Positions 25,392 through 37,587 of a stretch of 64,000 nucleotides of DNA are shown here, piece by piece. The notes beneath the pieces were generated by a model. It worked only from the letters and a program-made list of their open reading frames with translations, did no database searches and was not told the DNA's origin. This stretch comes from Mobula hypostoma (taxonomy: Eukaryota). The DNA is taken from positions 41,418,001-41,482,000 of the forward strand of contig NC_086108.1 of assembly GCF_963921235.1 (NCBI RefSeq), written 5' to 3'. The position numbers and the translations under genes were made by a program. Numbering within the stretch: the stretch's first letter is position 1; every line of letters begins with the position of its first letter.

Positions 25392-26181
25392 CAGACATCC
25401 CACCCTGCAAAAACTCATTTCAGGGAGGTAGCACCATCAATTTGCGGGAGACTCCCAGAACTTCCAGGAGAGGTGTGATGTCTGCAATAGAGTAGCTCCT
25501 TAGCAGCTAGCCAGCTAGTTTAAATAACGTTAGCTATGCTAATGAACGAATGACACCTGTTAAACTCACCTCAACATGTCTTTTACAGACTTAACCCACC
25601 ATGGGCAATAGAAAAGTCACTGTTGCAAACAGTGCAGCGAGCAACACTGTCATTATTTTTGACCCCTATTAGGCAGGGGTACAGTTTAGTGTAGTCTGGG
25701 GTACGTATGTTTTATAATTTTCTTTTTTTGGAACATCCTCCCATGGCGCGCTCTCACTCTCTTTCTTTCTCTCTCTCTCTCTCTCTCTCTCGCTCTCTCG
25801 CTCTCTCTAGCATGCTCTCTCTCGTTCTCTTTCTCTGTCACTCTTGCTTTCGCTCTCACTCTCTCTCTCACTCTCGCTCTCTCTCTCTCTCTCTCACTCT
25901 CACTCTCTCTCTGGCTCGCTCTCTCTGGCTTGCTCTCTCTCACTCTCTCTCTCGCTCTCTCTGGCTCTCTCTCTCAATTTCTGTCTCGCTCGCTCTGTCT
26001 CTCGCTCTCTCTCTCACTCTCTCTCTCTCACTCTTTCTCTCTCATTCTCTCTCTCTCGCAAGCTCTCTCACGCTCTCAAAAAAGTTGATTTCCTTGATAT
26101 TGTATATAATTTGCGGGCATCAAGGAGCCACTATTAATATGCAGGAGACTCCTGGAACTTCCGGGAGAGGTGGGATGTCTG
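25392..26181. mobile_element. Non-autonomous DNA transposon with perfect 13-bp TIRs (hAT-like CAG termini)
   Basis: CAGACATCCCACC (25392-25404) and GGTGGGATGTCTG (26169-26181); flanked by CAACAA on both sides; splits a Rex1 coding sequence cleanly. Confidence 0.85.
25750..26077. repeat. Imperfect (CT)n microsatellite inside the DNA transposon
   Basis: About 330 bp of CT dinucleotide repeats with CG/CA interruptions. Confidence 0.98.
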
Positions 26182-26630
26182 CAACAACAACCTGTCACTC
26201 AATGTTATCTAATCTGAGGAGATTATTATTGACTTCAGCTGGAGTCCATGAGCCAGTCCTCATTGGGAGATCAGAGCTGCAAAGGGTCAGTAACTTTAAA
26301 TTCCTGAGTGTTATCATTTCAGAGGACCTGTCTTGGGTTCAGTATTTAAGTGCAATTATGAAGAAAGCATGCCAGCTCCTCTTACTCCTTAGACATTTGC
26401 AAAGATTTGGGATGTCATCAAAAACTTTGACAAACATCTATAGATATATGTTGGAGAGTATATTGACTGGTTGCATCGCGGTCTGGTATGGAAACACCAA
26501 TACCCTTGAATGGAAAAATCCTACAAAAAGTGGTGAATACAGGCCCTCCCCATCTACACCAAGAATTGCTGCAGGAAAGCTGCATCTATCACCATAGACT
26601 CCCACCACCCAGGCCATGCTCTCTTCTCAC

Positions 26631-26835
26631 TGCGTGCGCAGGGGAGGGGGATTTGGGGGTGGATGTGCCTATTCTGTTTTTGTTTGTTTTTTTTGTGCAG
26701 GAAGGAGAGATTTGGGAATTGACGATCGTGCTGCCGTTCTTTTCTTTTCTTTCTCGGTTTCGTAGCTATCTGGAGAAGAAGAGTTTCAGAGTTGTATATT
26801 TTGAAAATAGATGAACCTTTGAAACTTTAAACCTC
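26631..26835 (+). mobile_element. Short non-coding retroposon 3' fragment with a Rex1-type tail
   Basis: GCTATCTGGAGAAGAAGAGTTTCAGAGTTGTATAT..AACCTTTGAAACTTTAAACC; body resembles 23980-24175; the host Rex1 resumes at ~26836. Confidence 0.6.
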
Positions 26836-29531
26836 TAAAGCCTCAGGGCCCATAAGATCAGGTTCAGGAACAGATATTACCCCTCAGCCATCAGGCTCTT
26901 GATCCCAAAGGGGATAACTTCACTTGCTCCATCATTGAACTGTTCCCTCAACCCATGGATTCACTTTCAAGGACTCTTCATCTCATGTTCTCAATATTTA
27001 TTGCTTGTTTATTTATCTTTTATTACTTCTTTATTTTCTGTCTTTCTTTTTGTATTTGCACAGTTTGTTGTTTTTAGCACATTGGTTGTACTTCCATCCA
27101 ATTTAACATGGTCTTTCATTGATTTTATTGAGTTTCTTGTATTTACTGAGAATGCTCATAAGAAAATGAATCTCAGGATTGTATATAGTGGCATAAATAT
27201 ATCTTGATAATAAATTTACTTTGAACTTAGAGTTAGTAACCTACCGTGTTACGCGCTCACGGTGCTTATTTGTTATTTCCTTGTTATGAATATCTAATAA
27301 ACTAGCTATTAACATAAAAGCCTCATACTTGATTTAAAAAGTCCTTCTTGACAATATTATCTAAGCCCAGATCTAACAACAGTTTTAGTTAAGTTTTCCA
27401 GAAGGCACATGTTCAAGGGCTGTGCGAGCAAACGTTGGTAAGTGGAGTTCTCAGATGTCAAAGGCATTTTCAAGGATATTATCACTATATTTACTGAGTT
27501 ATTGATGTGGAGAAGAAAGTACCTTTCATTTGTGATGGCGATGAAACTACACCGGATGCAGAGTTCAAGCCCAAATGGGTTTGTGAGCAGTCCAATTCAG
27601 CTTTTGACACAGGGTATAGAAGATAATACAGCATTTGTTCAGGACTGAAGACAATGGCTTACCAAGATCTTTCTAAATACTTGAATAGAAAGACACAGTC
27701 CAGCAAACCTTTTTATCTTAATTTAGTTTTGGAGATGTAGGAATCACTGGCAAAGCCAATGTTTATTTCCCATCCCAACAGCCCATGCAAAGATGGTAGT
27801 GAGACACTTTCTTAATCAATCGGTGTTTGAAGGCACTGCAACAGTAGTAGCAGATGGAAAGTTCTGCATTTTGGATAATGAGGTGATAGAAGATTAGATG
27901 ATTTACACCAAAGGAGAAAGAACAACCTTTAACATGATCTAGGGGGTCTGCCTTCTGCCTCTGCCTAGGCCTGAGTCAACGTAGTAGTAGTAGTAGTAGG
28001 GGATGAAGCCAACATTTTTATGAGGCTGCTGTAAAAGCATTTGAGCCACTTTGAGAGCATAAAGGGATATGCTTTTTTTTTATCTTTGTCAACAAGATGA
28101 AGTGACTGGAGAACATATAACTGGAGAAAAATATGGAATTGGATCAAAAGCAGGTTAAAGCTGGGGCCATCCTCAAGGCGTACACTGATTGGATCATGTT
28201 TGAGCAATAATCAGAGCCTTCTCCAAGAACTTTACAACTTATAATGGCTCAGAGGAAATTTTAAAAGGTCACATTTAATGCTGGTAAATATGAAGTTTGA
28301 TGTTAGCAATATCCTGGAGATGAAATTTTAATTACTGGAGGCTCTAAGCCAATCTTGGAAAATGAGCAATCCCAAGGTTACCTCATAGGTTTAGTCTAGA
28401 AAGTTTGGCACATACATACTTTGAGCCAAGTTTTAAATTTACATCAGGATGGGATTCTTAACTCTTTTTCAAGTGTGAACCGTGAAGAGACAGTTGAAAA
28501 TCACACTCACCTTTCCCCTAAACAGCATGTTTCATTTGTCCCACTGCCTCTTATTTCCCTTGGTTTAAGACATCATGGTCCCATTCTCTGAAAGAAGTCC
28601 AAATGTACAGCTACAGCTGCACAGTCCTCCAGAAAGTGATGGTACCTGAGTATAAAAGGAAAATCCTAATTTTAATCCTGGTATCTAAAGCAATTTATTG
28701 AGGCAACAGTAAGCCCAGCAATTCCTTCAATTGGTTTTACATACAGTCTACTTTGATAAAAAAAAATGGGAAAGCTAGACAAATGCTCAATGTTTATATA
28801 ATATTGCTCAACTAGTCAACACTGGCAGTACAATTCTCCCAGCTCCCCAATTGGTTTCAACTGTACATATATATATGGACTAGTATGGCAAGTACCTGGC
28901 ACTTTGTTTAAGGCAGTAATTCAATTCAAGGATTTGACTAAGGTTCATAAACCACTCAAGCCTGCTTCTGCAGTTTATGACACTAGAGCCATTCAGCTGA
29001 CTTACTGCTCTCGCACTTGCTGTCCTCTATCTATTAGCCTGTACATAAAGTAAATAAAATATTTTATCTCCTCAGTATTTTCTGAAAAGGAGATCTAGCT
29101 GCATCAAGCATTGTTGTAACTCATATTTGCAATTTTCCTGATTATCCATCATTTGACATATAATAGCTGCAGTCAGTAATAAAGAAAATGGAATGAAAAA
29201 TCCTTCAGCAGTTGAATTCATGGAATGCTAAAGGCCATTCAGCGGAGCAAAGAATGTATTTCAGACTTTAATATGCACTCTAATTTAATAGTGTGCACAT
29301 TGTACTTAATTTTTTTTTAAATGTCTAGCATTTTGCTCTTGACAATTATGAAGTTTCTTGTAAGGACCATTTGGTAGCTGCTATAATTTTAGTTTTATGG
29401 TCCATTACATAAAATTGAATTGTATGTTATAATTTACATGTTTAAGTGCTATTTGTAGTGGCATCTCCACTGAGGCCTCACCATGCCCTTCATATTCTCT
29501 ACAATATTCTTAGTGCAACAGGTAACGAAGT

Positions 29532-29951
29532 TGGAAGTAATTCAGAAGATGTATAGCTCAGGTGGTTGATGGTTGGGTTGAGTTGTTCTCCCAACTTGGC
29601 AATTTACTTGCAAAAGTTTCATCGCCATGTGAGGAGACATTAATCCTATTTATGAGCCAATGTGGGCAAAATTCCAGTCCACAGTGCATGAAGTTCACCA
29701 CACAGCCAATCAGTGACAAGATTTCTTCCCCACATCACAACTGAGCTTCCAACATGATGTCCAATCAGCTGATTGAAAAGTATATAAAGGCCAAGCATTC
29801 AGAGGACATAAGCTGGGTGCCAACCGCCGTATAACAAGAAGAAGAAGAAGAAGAAGACACTCCACACTCAACAACGCACTGACTATGTCTCCTTGCATGG
29901 TAACGAAACATTTGTAAGTAAACTGTCAAGATCCGAGGACAACTCAACCCG
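29532..29951 (+). mobile_element. Mini Penelope-like element with inverted arms, CCAAT/TATA boxes, a degenerate hammerhead motif and 15-bp flanking direct repeats
   Basis: AACAGGTAACGAAGT (29517-29531) and AACAGGTAATGAAGT (29952-29966); inverted arms ~29575-29642 vs ~29884-29950; GCA-CTGACTA..GAAA-CATT-TGT at 29876-29915. Confidence 0.7.
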
Positions 29952-30330
29952 AACAGGTAATGAAGTATTTTGATTTTAATGCTTTATTTCTAACCTTCAA
30001 GTTTTGACATTTAAATTGCAAAGTGATCAAACAGACATAAATATACTGTGGTACATATTGCCAATTGAATGAAAGGGCAGAGCCCTGCAAGTTTATACTT
30101 AAACATGACCCCAAGCACTAGTCATTGACTAGTGCTGAGGCTGCTAACCATGAGTAATAGCTTCTTTCAGATAAATGTTTTTCCAAATCCAAACAGAATT
30201 GAGAAGTAATGGTTCGTGCATACTATTCATGCAGTGCATTGTATTACTTTACTCTTTTATAGAGAGATATGGGATTATTTCAACCCAGTTTTAACAGTGT
30301 ACTTTTTACCATCGTAATATCATCACTGTT

Positions 30331-30630
30331 TTATAGGCATCCGTGAATCTCATGAGACCATGGATTTGCACCTTGGAAGGTTTCCAGGGCGCAGGTCTGG
30401 GCAAGGTTGTATGGAAGACCGGCAGTTGCCCATGCTGCAAGTCTCCCCTCTCCATGCCACCGATGTTGTCCAAGGGAAGGGCATTAGGACCCATACAGTT
30501 TGGCACTGGTGTTGTCACAGAACAATGTGTGGTTGAGTGCCTTGCTTAAGGACCCACGCTGCCTCAGCCAAGGCTCGAACTAGTGACCTTCAGATCACTA
30601 GACAAACGCCTTAACCACTTGGCCACGCGC
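30331..30630 (-). mobile_element. tRNA-derived SINE with a CORE-like segment and probable RTE-derived 3' part
   Basis: A-box TGGCCAAGTGG (30625-30615), B-box GTTCGAGCC (30580-30572), then GTCCTTAAGCAAGGCACTCAACC. Confidence 0.75.
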
Positions 30631-31235
30631 TGTAAATTACCTTTAAGTTCTGTAGGTGTGTATGAGCATCCCAGTATTTATCTTGTATCAATGGCCTGAA
30701 GTTGGGGTTCTCAACACCTCAGCAGAGACTGCCATTGATTAAGAATAAACCTAAGCCATATCAGCCTGTACCATTCATCAATAATCCATTGCAGAATAGA
30801 TCCAAACAACAACTTCACTAAGGTAATTTTTCAGTGGGCATGTTGTGGTGCATTAAGTGATCCCAGCCAATGTGTTACACTGCATTTCACTGGCAATAAA
30901 CCTTAGGAACTGGGAGATTAAGTGCAGGAGGAGTATAGTTTGGTAGTTATAATTTTACTGAAAAAAAGTAAAAGACAAAATGAGATTCTCAAATGCTGTA
31001 ATCGGGCTAAATTTCTCATATGTGTAAGAGTATGTCTGCTGCTAAAATTCACAGATTAGCAGTAATCATTATCAAGAACAGGAAGCTAGACATCGAACAC
31101 ATCCCACTCCCCTCCCTGTATCTTCACTACATCAAATACTACATATTATTTATGAAGAAATGGGTTGCTGTAGATGTATTCTTGGTATCAGAGTCATTAT
31201 GAATGACTTCTTATGAATTTGTTATGAATGTGTAG

Positions 31236-31351
31236 GATGGTTGGGTTGAGTTCTTCTCCCATCTTGGCAACTTACTAGCAAACGTTTCATCTCCATGCGA
31301 GAAGACATTGATCCTATTTATGAGCCAATGCGGGCAAAATTCCAGCCCACA
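31236..31351 (+). repeat. 116-bp diverged copy of 29568-29683 (left arm and junction of the mini Penelope-like element)
   Basis: Equal-length alignment from GATGGTTGGGTTGAGTT to GGGCAAAATTCCAG(T/C)CCACA with scattered substitutions. Confidence 0.9.
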
Positions 31352-31497
31352 ACGATAGATGAATGATCCAATTACTGGCAAATACAGTATATGTAGAAAT
31401 TTTCCTTCAATGCTGTTGGGTTTTGATAGCATGGGATTGAGCCTTAATTGCAGCAACTGTATATTAGTTTGCAGAATTTGTTGTGGCTTGTTGTCAT

Positions 31498-32490
31498 TTC
31501 AAATTCAAGTTCAAGTTTAATTGTCATTCAACCATACGCATGTATGCAGGGGGGAAGTTTGGCGCAGTGGTAATTACCAGTGGATCAGTAATCCAGAGAC
31601 CCAATTATACGCTGGGGACAGGTGTTCAAATCCCACCACGGCAGATAGTGAATTTGAATTCAATAAAAATATCAGATGACTATGAAACCATGTCGATTGT
31701 CGTTAAAGACATCTGGTTCACTAAAATCCTCTAGGGGCTTTCCTTACCTGGTCTGGTTTATATGTGATTTCAGACCTACAGCAATGTGGTTGACTCTTAA
31801 ATGCCCTCTGAAATGGCGTAGAAATCCATTCAGTTGTATCCAATAATAAGAAATGACAGATAATTCCCTCGCTAACAGCACTGTGGTTGTACCTACACCT
31901 CAGGGACTGCAGTGGTTCAAGAAGGCAGCTCATCACCACCTTCTCAAGGGCAACTAGGGATGGGCAATAAATATTGGCTTAGCTGGCGACACCCACATCC
32001 CGTAAATGAATAAATAAAACAAAAACAAATGAAGCAGCTTTCCTCTGGGGCCAGGGTGCAAAGAACAGCACATACAGTCACATGCAGTAGTGCTTGCACA
32101 TACAGTCACAAAAATAATGTAAGCACAAGTCCCTGAGTAGTGTGATGGTGCATGCAATGTTGTGCTCGAGTCACGTTTCTGCAAGGACGAGTACGCAGCA
32201 GTTCCTCATCTTGCACTGTGTCAGCTGCAACTGAAGGATACCTCACTCTGTGTCAACGGCAGATGAGGGTAATCCAGATTGTCTTCCAGGGAATGAACAC
32301 TGGAGAGCAGTACCGACAGGAGATCTGGCCTGCAGGGACCAGCCCCAACCCAACAGGATGCCTGCCGCCCCTCTTTTGTCTACCCTCACCACCTCCAGCG
32401 CCGCTACCCCTGAGTGGCTGTAACAGACGGCGCACGCCATGAGGGCCTGGTCCATGCAACCACGCAGCTCCGCCGCAGTCAGCCACACCA
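31498..32490 (-). mobile_element. Non-coding retroposon with a Rex1-type tail, split by the SINE at 31549-32019
   Basis: (TTCAAG)n tail and TTTAATTGTCATT at 31498-31530; GC-richer body resumes after 32020. Boundaries approximate. Confidence 0.5.
31549..32019 (+). mobile_element. tRNA-derived SINE with a CR1/L2-type LINE 3' tail
   Basis: A-box TGGCGCAGTGG (31560-31570), B-box GTTCAAATCC (31624-31633); tail GGTTCAAGAAGGCAGCTCATCACCACCTTCTCAAGGGCAACTAGGGATGGGCAATAAA..TGAATAAATAAAA. Confidence 0.8.
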
Positions 32491-34374
32491 AAGAACCGAT
32501 GACATGGGCTAGCTGTATTTTATATAACCAATGTCCTACAGGGTCTTGTGATCATAGGAAAAGTGTTTAAGACACACATTTGCAACATTTGTTGGACTAC
32601 TGCAACCAAGAGGGCTGCCATCTTCCCAGAAGTCAAACCAAACTCTGTAACCAGATGAGCATGCAGCTGGTACCATTGCTAAATGACTCTCCTATACCCT
32701 GATAAAAAATTACTTCTCTAACTTGGAGGTGGGAGGGTTTGGGGCAGTCGTAATCCACATAGCTGACAGCATGGTGTCCTGTCTGGCAGCAAGTTATTGC
32801 TAAAACCAGAAGGCACAGAGAGAATAACAACATAAGGCAATGCCAATAAAGCTTCCATTAGCCTGATAATTACTATTTTTCAAAGTTTTAACCTATTGTC
32901 AATGGGATTTGATTTGATTCCATTGGAGTATTCAGCACCTCAGGTAGCATATGTGAAGAGAAGCAGAGTTTATGTTTCAGGCTGAGTACTTGTATCAGAA
33001 CCAGACAATAATAGAGATGGAGAAGATCTTACATTGCAGAGGAGGGGACCGTAAAATAATATCGGGAAGAACAAAAGAAAACATCAGTAAAGGGATAAAT
33101 TGTGAGAGGGATTAAAGTGAAAAGGAAAAATGAGACTTTTTAATAATTTCCCTTGAAATAATATCCCTGTATGGAGTAACATAAATATTCCTGTCATGAA
33201 ACTAGGTTAGTAACTTCAGCCATGAAAACCATAAGGCTGACTGGAGCAGAACAAAGGAATAGCACAAAGGCTGACTTCCCTTCCAAGGCACGTGTAATGA
33301 TATAATGCTGCAATAGAGCAAAGACAGCTTTGGACAGGATGCAACCACTGCGCTGCCATACCTGAAGTGGAAGTGTTCCCATCTCACAAACTGTCATCAC
33401 TTAGCCTGACGAGCAAAATCTGTCATCAAAACATATTTATCGAATACTTTCATGCATTTTTCTCTGAAACAAATTGTCCGTGCTGCGTAAAAAAGTTGTT
33501 AGGTAAACTGCTTTGAAGGAAAGAGTAATGTTATGAGTAGTGATGTACATAGAGATATGGTCACATGCACCATTTATCTTCCCCTTGGTCAGACAAGTAT
33601 TAGCCTTGACTTAGATGTAAGCATGCAATTATAAGTTTCCTATTGATAGATCTGTAATATTAACAATTCACTGCATTATCAGATGAGAACAGATTCATTC
33701 ACTGTTTAGCTTCAAGCAGGGCAATCTCCAATTTTTGATGACAACAAATCTTCAAGCTTCCCAGACAGAGAGAGTGCTGTGCTTTTATATATAAATGCAG
33801 AGCAATTTTGGGATGTTTGTCACCTCACGCAGTGGTAGATACTAGTCCTCAGTTTTTCTGCCTTCATGTAAAAGCCAGAAGGAACAAAATCTCAGAATTA
33901 TCCACTTGACACTCATCAACCAAGGCTCTGTCAGTGCCAAAGTAGTGTCTTTGTAAAAAGTTGTAACATGTTTCCTACTGAAACAAAAAAGGAAGTCCTA
34001 TTTTACAAACTCAAACCCAAATTCCAGTCCAATGAGACATGGAAAATAATATGCTTTGTTTGAGATTATGTCACTCATGAAAGTGGCACACTGAGAGATC
34101 AGAAGTGGTTTGGTGTCTGTTTCTATTTCTCGAACAAGTAACTTGAACTGAATCTGAGATTTGTAATAAGTTGACATGCACTAACATTCTGAAACCTGCA
34201 CTGAAATGAAATCTAATACCAAGAACGGTTACAATCAGAATGTTTAATATTATATGATTAAATTATGTAAACGTGGCAACATCTTTTCGAATGATAGTGG
34301 AGGAGTGGAAACAGGAAACCGTGTTGCAGGAGAAATAAATGATTGTACTTTCAATCATTAATGATGAGTAGAAG

Positions 34375-34705
34375 CATAGAGAGGAACTGCATTGAAACTG
34401 GCCCTTCAGCCCATCAGCCTATGCCTAATCCTACCACAACCCATTTTATTCTCTTGACATTTCTCGCAGCTCACTCCAGATTCTACCATTCACGTAGACA
34501 TTAGGGGCAACTTACAGTGGCCAGTTAACCTACCAGCTCTGTATCTTTGAATGTGGGACAGAACCAGAGCACCTGGAAGAAACCTATATGGCATCACAGG
34601 GGCAATGTACAACCTCCACACAGACAGCATCAGAGTTTGGGGCTGATCCCCAGTCACTAGAACCATGAGGTAAAAGCTCTACTGGCTGTGCCAAGCTGTT
34701 GTCCA
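34375..34705 (-). mobile_element. Degenerate V-domain SINE
   Basis: Plus strand TGTGGGACAGAACCAGAGCACCTGGAAGAAACC is the reverse complement of the V-domain; GGGGCAACTTACAGTGGCCAGTTAACCTACC also matches the 18860 SINE. Confidence 0.65.
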
Positions 34706-34732
34706 GAAATTATTTTAGGAAGAGACATTTAT

Positions 34733-34935
34733 AGGTTCATAGAGCCCTACAGCACAGAAACAGACCCTTTGGCCCACGAAGACCAGGCTGATTTGTTTCT
34801 CTCCCTAATTCCATTTACCTGTACCTGGACCAGAGCCCTTTCATCCATGTACTGATTCAAATGTCTCTTAACTGTTACAATTGAATCCATATCCACCACT
34901 TCCGCTGGCAGCTCATTCCACGGCCACCCCTCCCC
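34733..34935 (-). mobile_element. CR1 3' end fragment
   Basis: WNELPAEVVDMDSIVTVKRHLNQYMD followed by the GGGCCAAAGGGTCTGTTTCTGTGCTGTA 3' UTR. Confidence 0.75.
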
Positions 34936-36410
34936 TTGAGTGAAGATGGGGTGCGAAGAGAGCAAAGGCAAGATCTTTGAGAGGGTAGAGACTGAGGCAA
35001 ATAACCTCGGTGCAGGTTATGAAGCAATGCAAGAATCTCTTGGAGAATGAGAGTCATAGGCAACACAGATAACCAGTTTCAGATTTCAGCAATTTCAGAT
35101 AACCAGTTCTTAACTGGTTAGTTCTGATGAAGGATTGTTGAACTAAAACAATAAATATGTATTCTGTTTTCAAAAATTTTGCTTAACCCACAAAATTTTC
35201 CCAGCATTTCTATTTTAATTGCAGAAATAAAAGTTGGTTCTATACATCCACAAATAGTTTTGTATGTATTTTAACACAATTAACAGAATTGATTACCAAA
35301 ATTAAATCACAAATTTAGTTAAAATCCTCTACATAGAATTGAAATACATCTCACCATTTAAAGCTCACCCAGAATACCATTATAAATCCACAACATCACC
35401 ATGAAAAGGTTCTGCCCTTATCTGCAAGACCTCTCTCTATAACAGGACATATTGTGTGCTTGTCATACTAAAATCAATTGCTTTTTATGCCCATATAAAA
35501 ACAATAAGAGAGCTCTAGAGTTGTGTCTGTATACTGAGCCTGGAATAGCAATATTTTCCAGCACCTGAGGAATTCTTTCCGGTCCTTCAGATCAATAAGT
35601 GCTTGCTTTTTTTTCCCTAGACGATTTAGTATTCAATACAGCTGTCATCTGTTTTAAAACATAGGTGGTTTATATACATTTGTTATTGGATGTTAACTAA
35701 GATTTATATAGTGGACGTTGGCCACTGAGGACAAGGTACTTTGCTTCTTTTCTTTGTTCATTTATTGACAGGAATTGGTGTTGTGCTGATCCATCACTGA
35801 GTGTCACTACTTGGAGCTCCTGACTGTGAACATTTAAGATGAAATATAGGAACACACCAATACACTATATGATGACTGCCGGTGGTTTTGAGTAAACCAT
35901 GTTACTTATAATTAATGAATTAAGTCATTTGGTTCAAGTTGAACATGAGCTCGTAAAAATTCTGAGTATTAAAACTGATTGCATCAATAGTGAGTTGAGG
36001 AACAAAACCTGGCAGGCTATAGAAGTGAGATATTAATTATAATTAAAATAAATTTTCAAAAATTGAATCAGAAAGGACGTATGGAAGAGGAATCTCTTTT
36101 CCTTCCTGCTTTTAACAAATCAGTTTATCCCAGTTTAAGTGAATATGAATCAAATTTATAATAAATCATTTGAGTTAAAAGATGCTTCTGATTGCATCCT
36201 TTTTATATTATATCCTGTTTCATTCATTTTTGCCACCTCTCTATTTAAAATTCAGTTCATAGTGTCCGGTGAAGTTCCTCCGTGTAAGTCAGATTTTCAA
36301 TGGCACACCACTTGCCTCTCCACTAAGTCTTTTTCTGATCAGTCTATGTTCTTCTACACAGTTCTCTTAGAATGTTCTTCATAAGATTGGGTTTGAATTA
36401 TTTCTGTCTG

Positions 36411-36969
36411 CACTCAGTGGCCAATTTATTAGGTACACCTGTGCACCTGCTTGTTAATGCAAATATCATATCCGCCAATCATGTGGCAGCAACTCAATGC
36501 ATAAAAGCATGCCAACGTGGTCAAGAAGCTCAGTTGTTGTATAGACCAAACATTAGAATGGGGAAGAAATGTGATCTAAGTTACTTTGATCATGAAATGA
36601 TTGTTGGTGCTGGACAGGGAGGTCTGAGTATTTCAGAATTGCTGATCTCCTGGCATTTTCACGTACAACAGTCTCGAGAGTTTACAGAGAATGGTGTGAA
36701 AAACAAAACAAAAATCCAGTTATCAACAGTTCTGTGGGGAAAAATGGCTTTTTAATGAGAGCGGTGAGAGGAGAATGGCCAGACTGATTCAAGCTGACAG
36801 TGACTCAAGTACCCACATGTTACCACAGTGGTGTGCAGAAGAGCATCTCTGAATGCACAACACATTGAATTTTGAAGTGGATGGGCTGTAGCAGCAGAAG
36901 ACTTCGAATATACCCTTCATGTCCACTTTAATAGGTACAGGAGGGACTTAATAAAGTGGCCACTGAATG
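36411..36969 (+). mobile_element. Internally deleted Tc1-like DNA transposon
   Basis: TIRs CACTCAGTGGCCAATTTATTAGGT and ACTTAATAAAGTGGCCACTGAATG|TA; transposase N-terminus remnant MGKKCDLSYFDHEMIVGAGQGGLSISE. Confidence 0.85.
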
Positions 36970-37587
36970 TATATCCATTAGTGTCAATGAAGGGTTATTA
37001 ATAAACAAAATATAAATTGTGGATTTTGTGTGTAAACATAGTTTTTGCTGAGTTTTGTACCAGATGACAATTTTTTTAAAGAGATGCACTGTATAGCTCC
37101 TTGGTAAACTAGGCAGCTGTGGAGTAGAATGCTAATACTAATAAATTGTTAACAATAGTGATATAGAAATGACTGCACTGTGCAATTTAAAAATTGTAGC
37201 TGGGTGCACAAACACAGAATAAGAAAAAGTTTCCTTAACTTTTTATGACAAAATACTCTTTGAACTTTCAAAGAGTTTGCCTGTTCATTCGCAGCACTGC
37301 AGCAAATACATAGATGCAAAATGGTTTGACAGGAATATACCCAATTTACCCTTCTGCAGTCTTCTCAATAACATATGATGTACATACCTCTGAAATATTT
37401 TGCTAAAATTTATAGACAAATTGACTAAATTATGTCATGCCCCACTGAATTTATTTTCATCTCTTATCTTGTATATAATTCTTTTCCACACCTTTTCCCA
37501 GTATCAATAGATGTGATGAAAAACTATGGTTTCCAATAGTCTTCACCGGAGAGCACTACTTGTACGTTGTACCTGAGTGCTCTCTAA

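Larger units (their letters stand above)
25372..27227 (+). mobile_element. Rex1/Babar-like LINE 3' portion carrying two insertions (25392-26181 and 26631-26835)
   Basis: WCHNN|NNLSLNV across the first insertion; FKFLSVIISEDLSW..MSSKTLTNIYRYMLESILTGCIAVWYG; 3' end AATAAATTTACTTTGAAC at ~27210-27227. Confidence 0.85.

Noticed and set aside
25707..26597. Longest ORF in the track (296 aa, Ser/Leu-rich) and the antisense RE-repeat ORF
   Set aside because: Read-through of a (CT)n microsatellite, a transposon end and a Rex1 fragment; not a gene.
30114..30136. 23-bp palindrome AGCACTAGTCA-T-TGACTAGTGCT, whose centre resembles the centre of the 13010 hairpin
   Set aside because: Short, and the similarity is limited to ACTAGT..ACTAGT; no further homology.
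30560..31640. tRNA-like A/B boxes at 30572-30625 and 31560-31633 (also 38417-38476)
   Set aside because: They are SINE heads followed by SINE bodies and tails; I found no complete cloverleaf.
35086..35150. Tandem CAGATAACCAGTT duplication, a 9-bp hairpin and CTGATGA as a possible intact ribozyme
   Set aside because: No GAAA box or stem II downstream; a decayed pLTR with a local micro-rearrangement.
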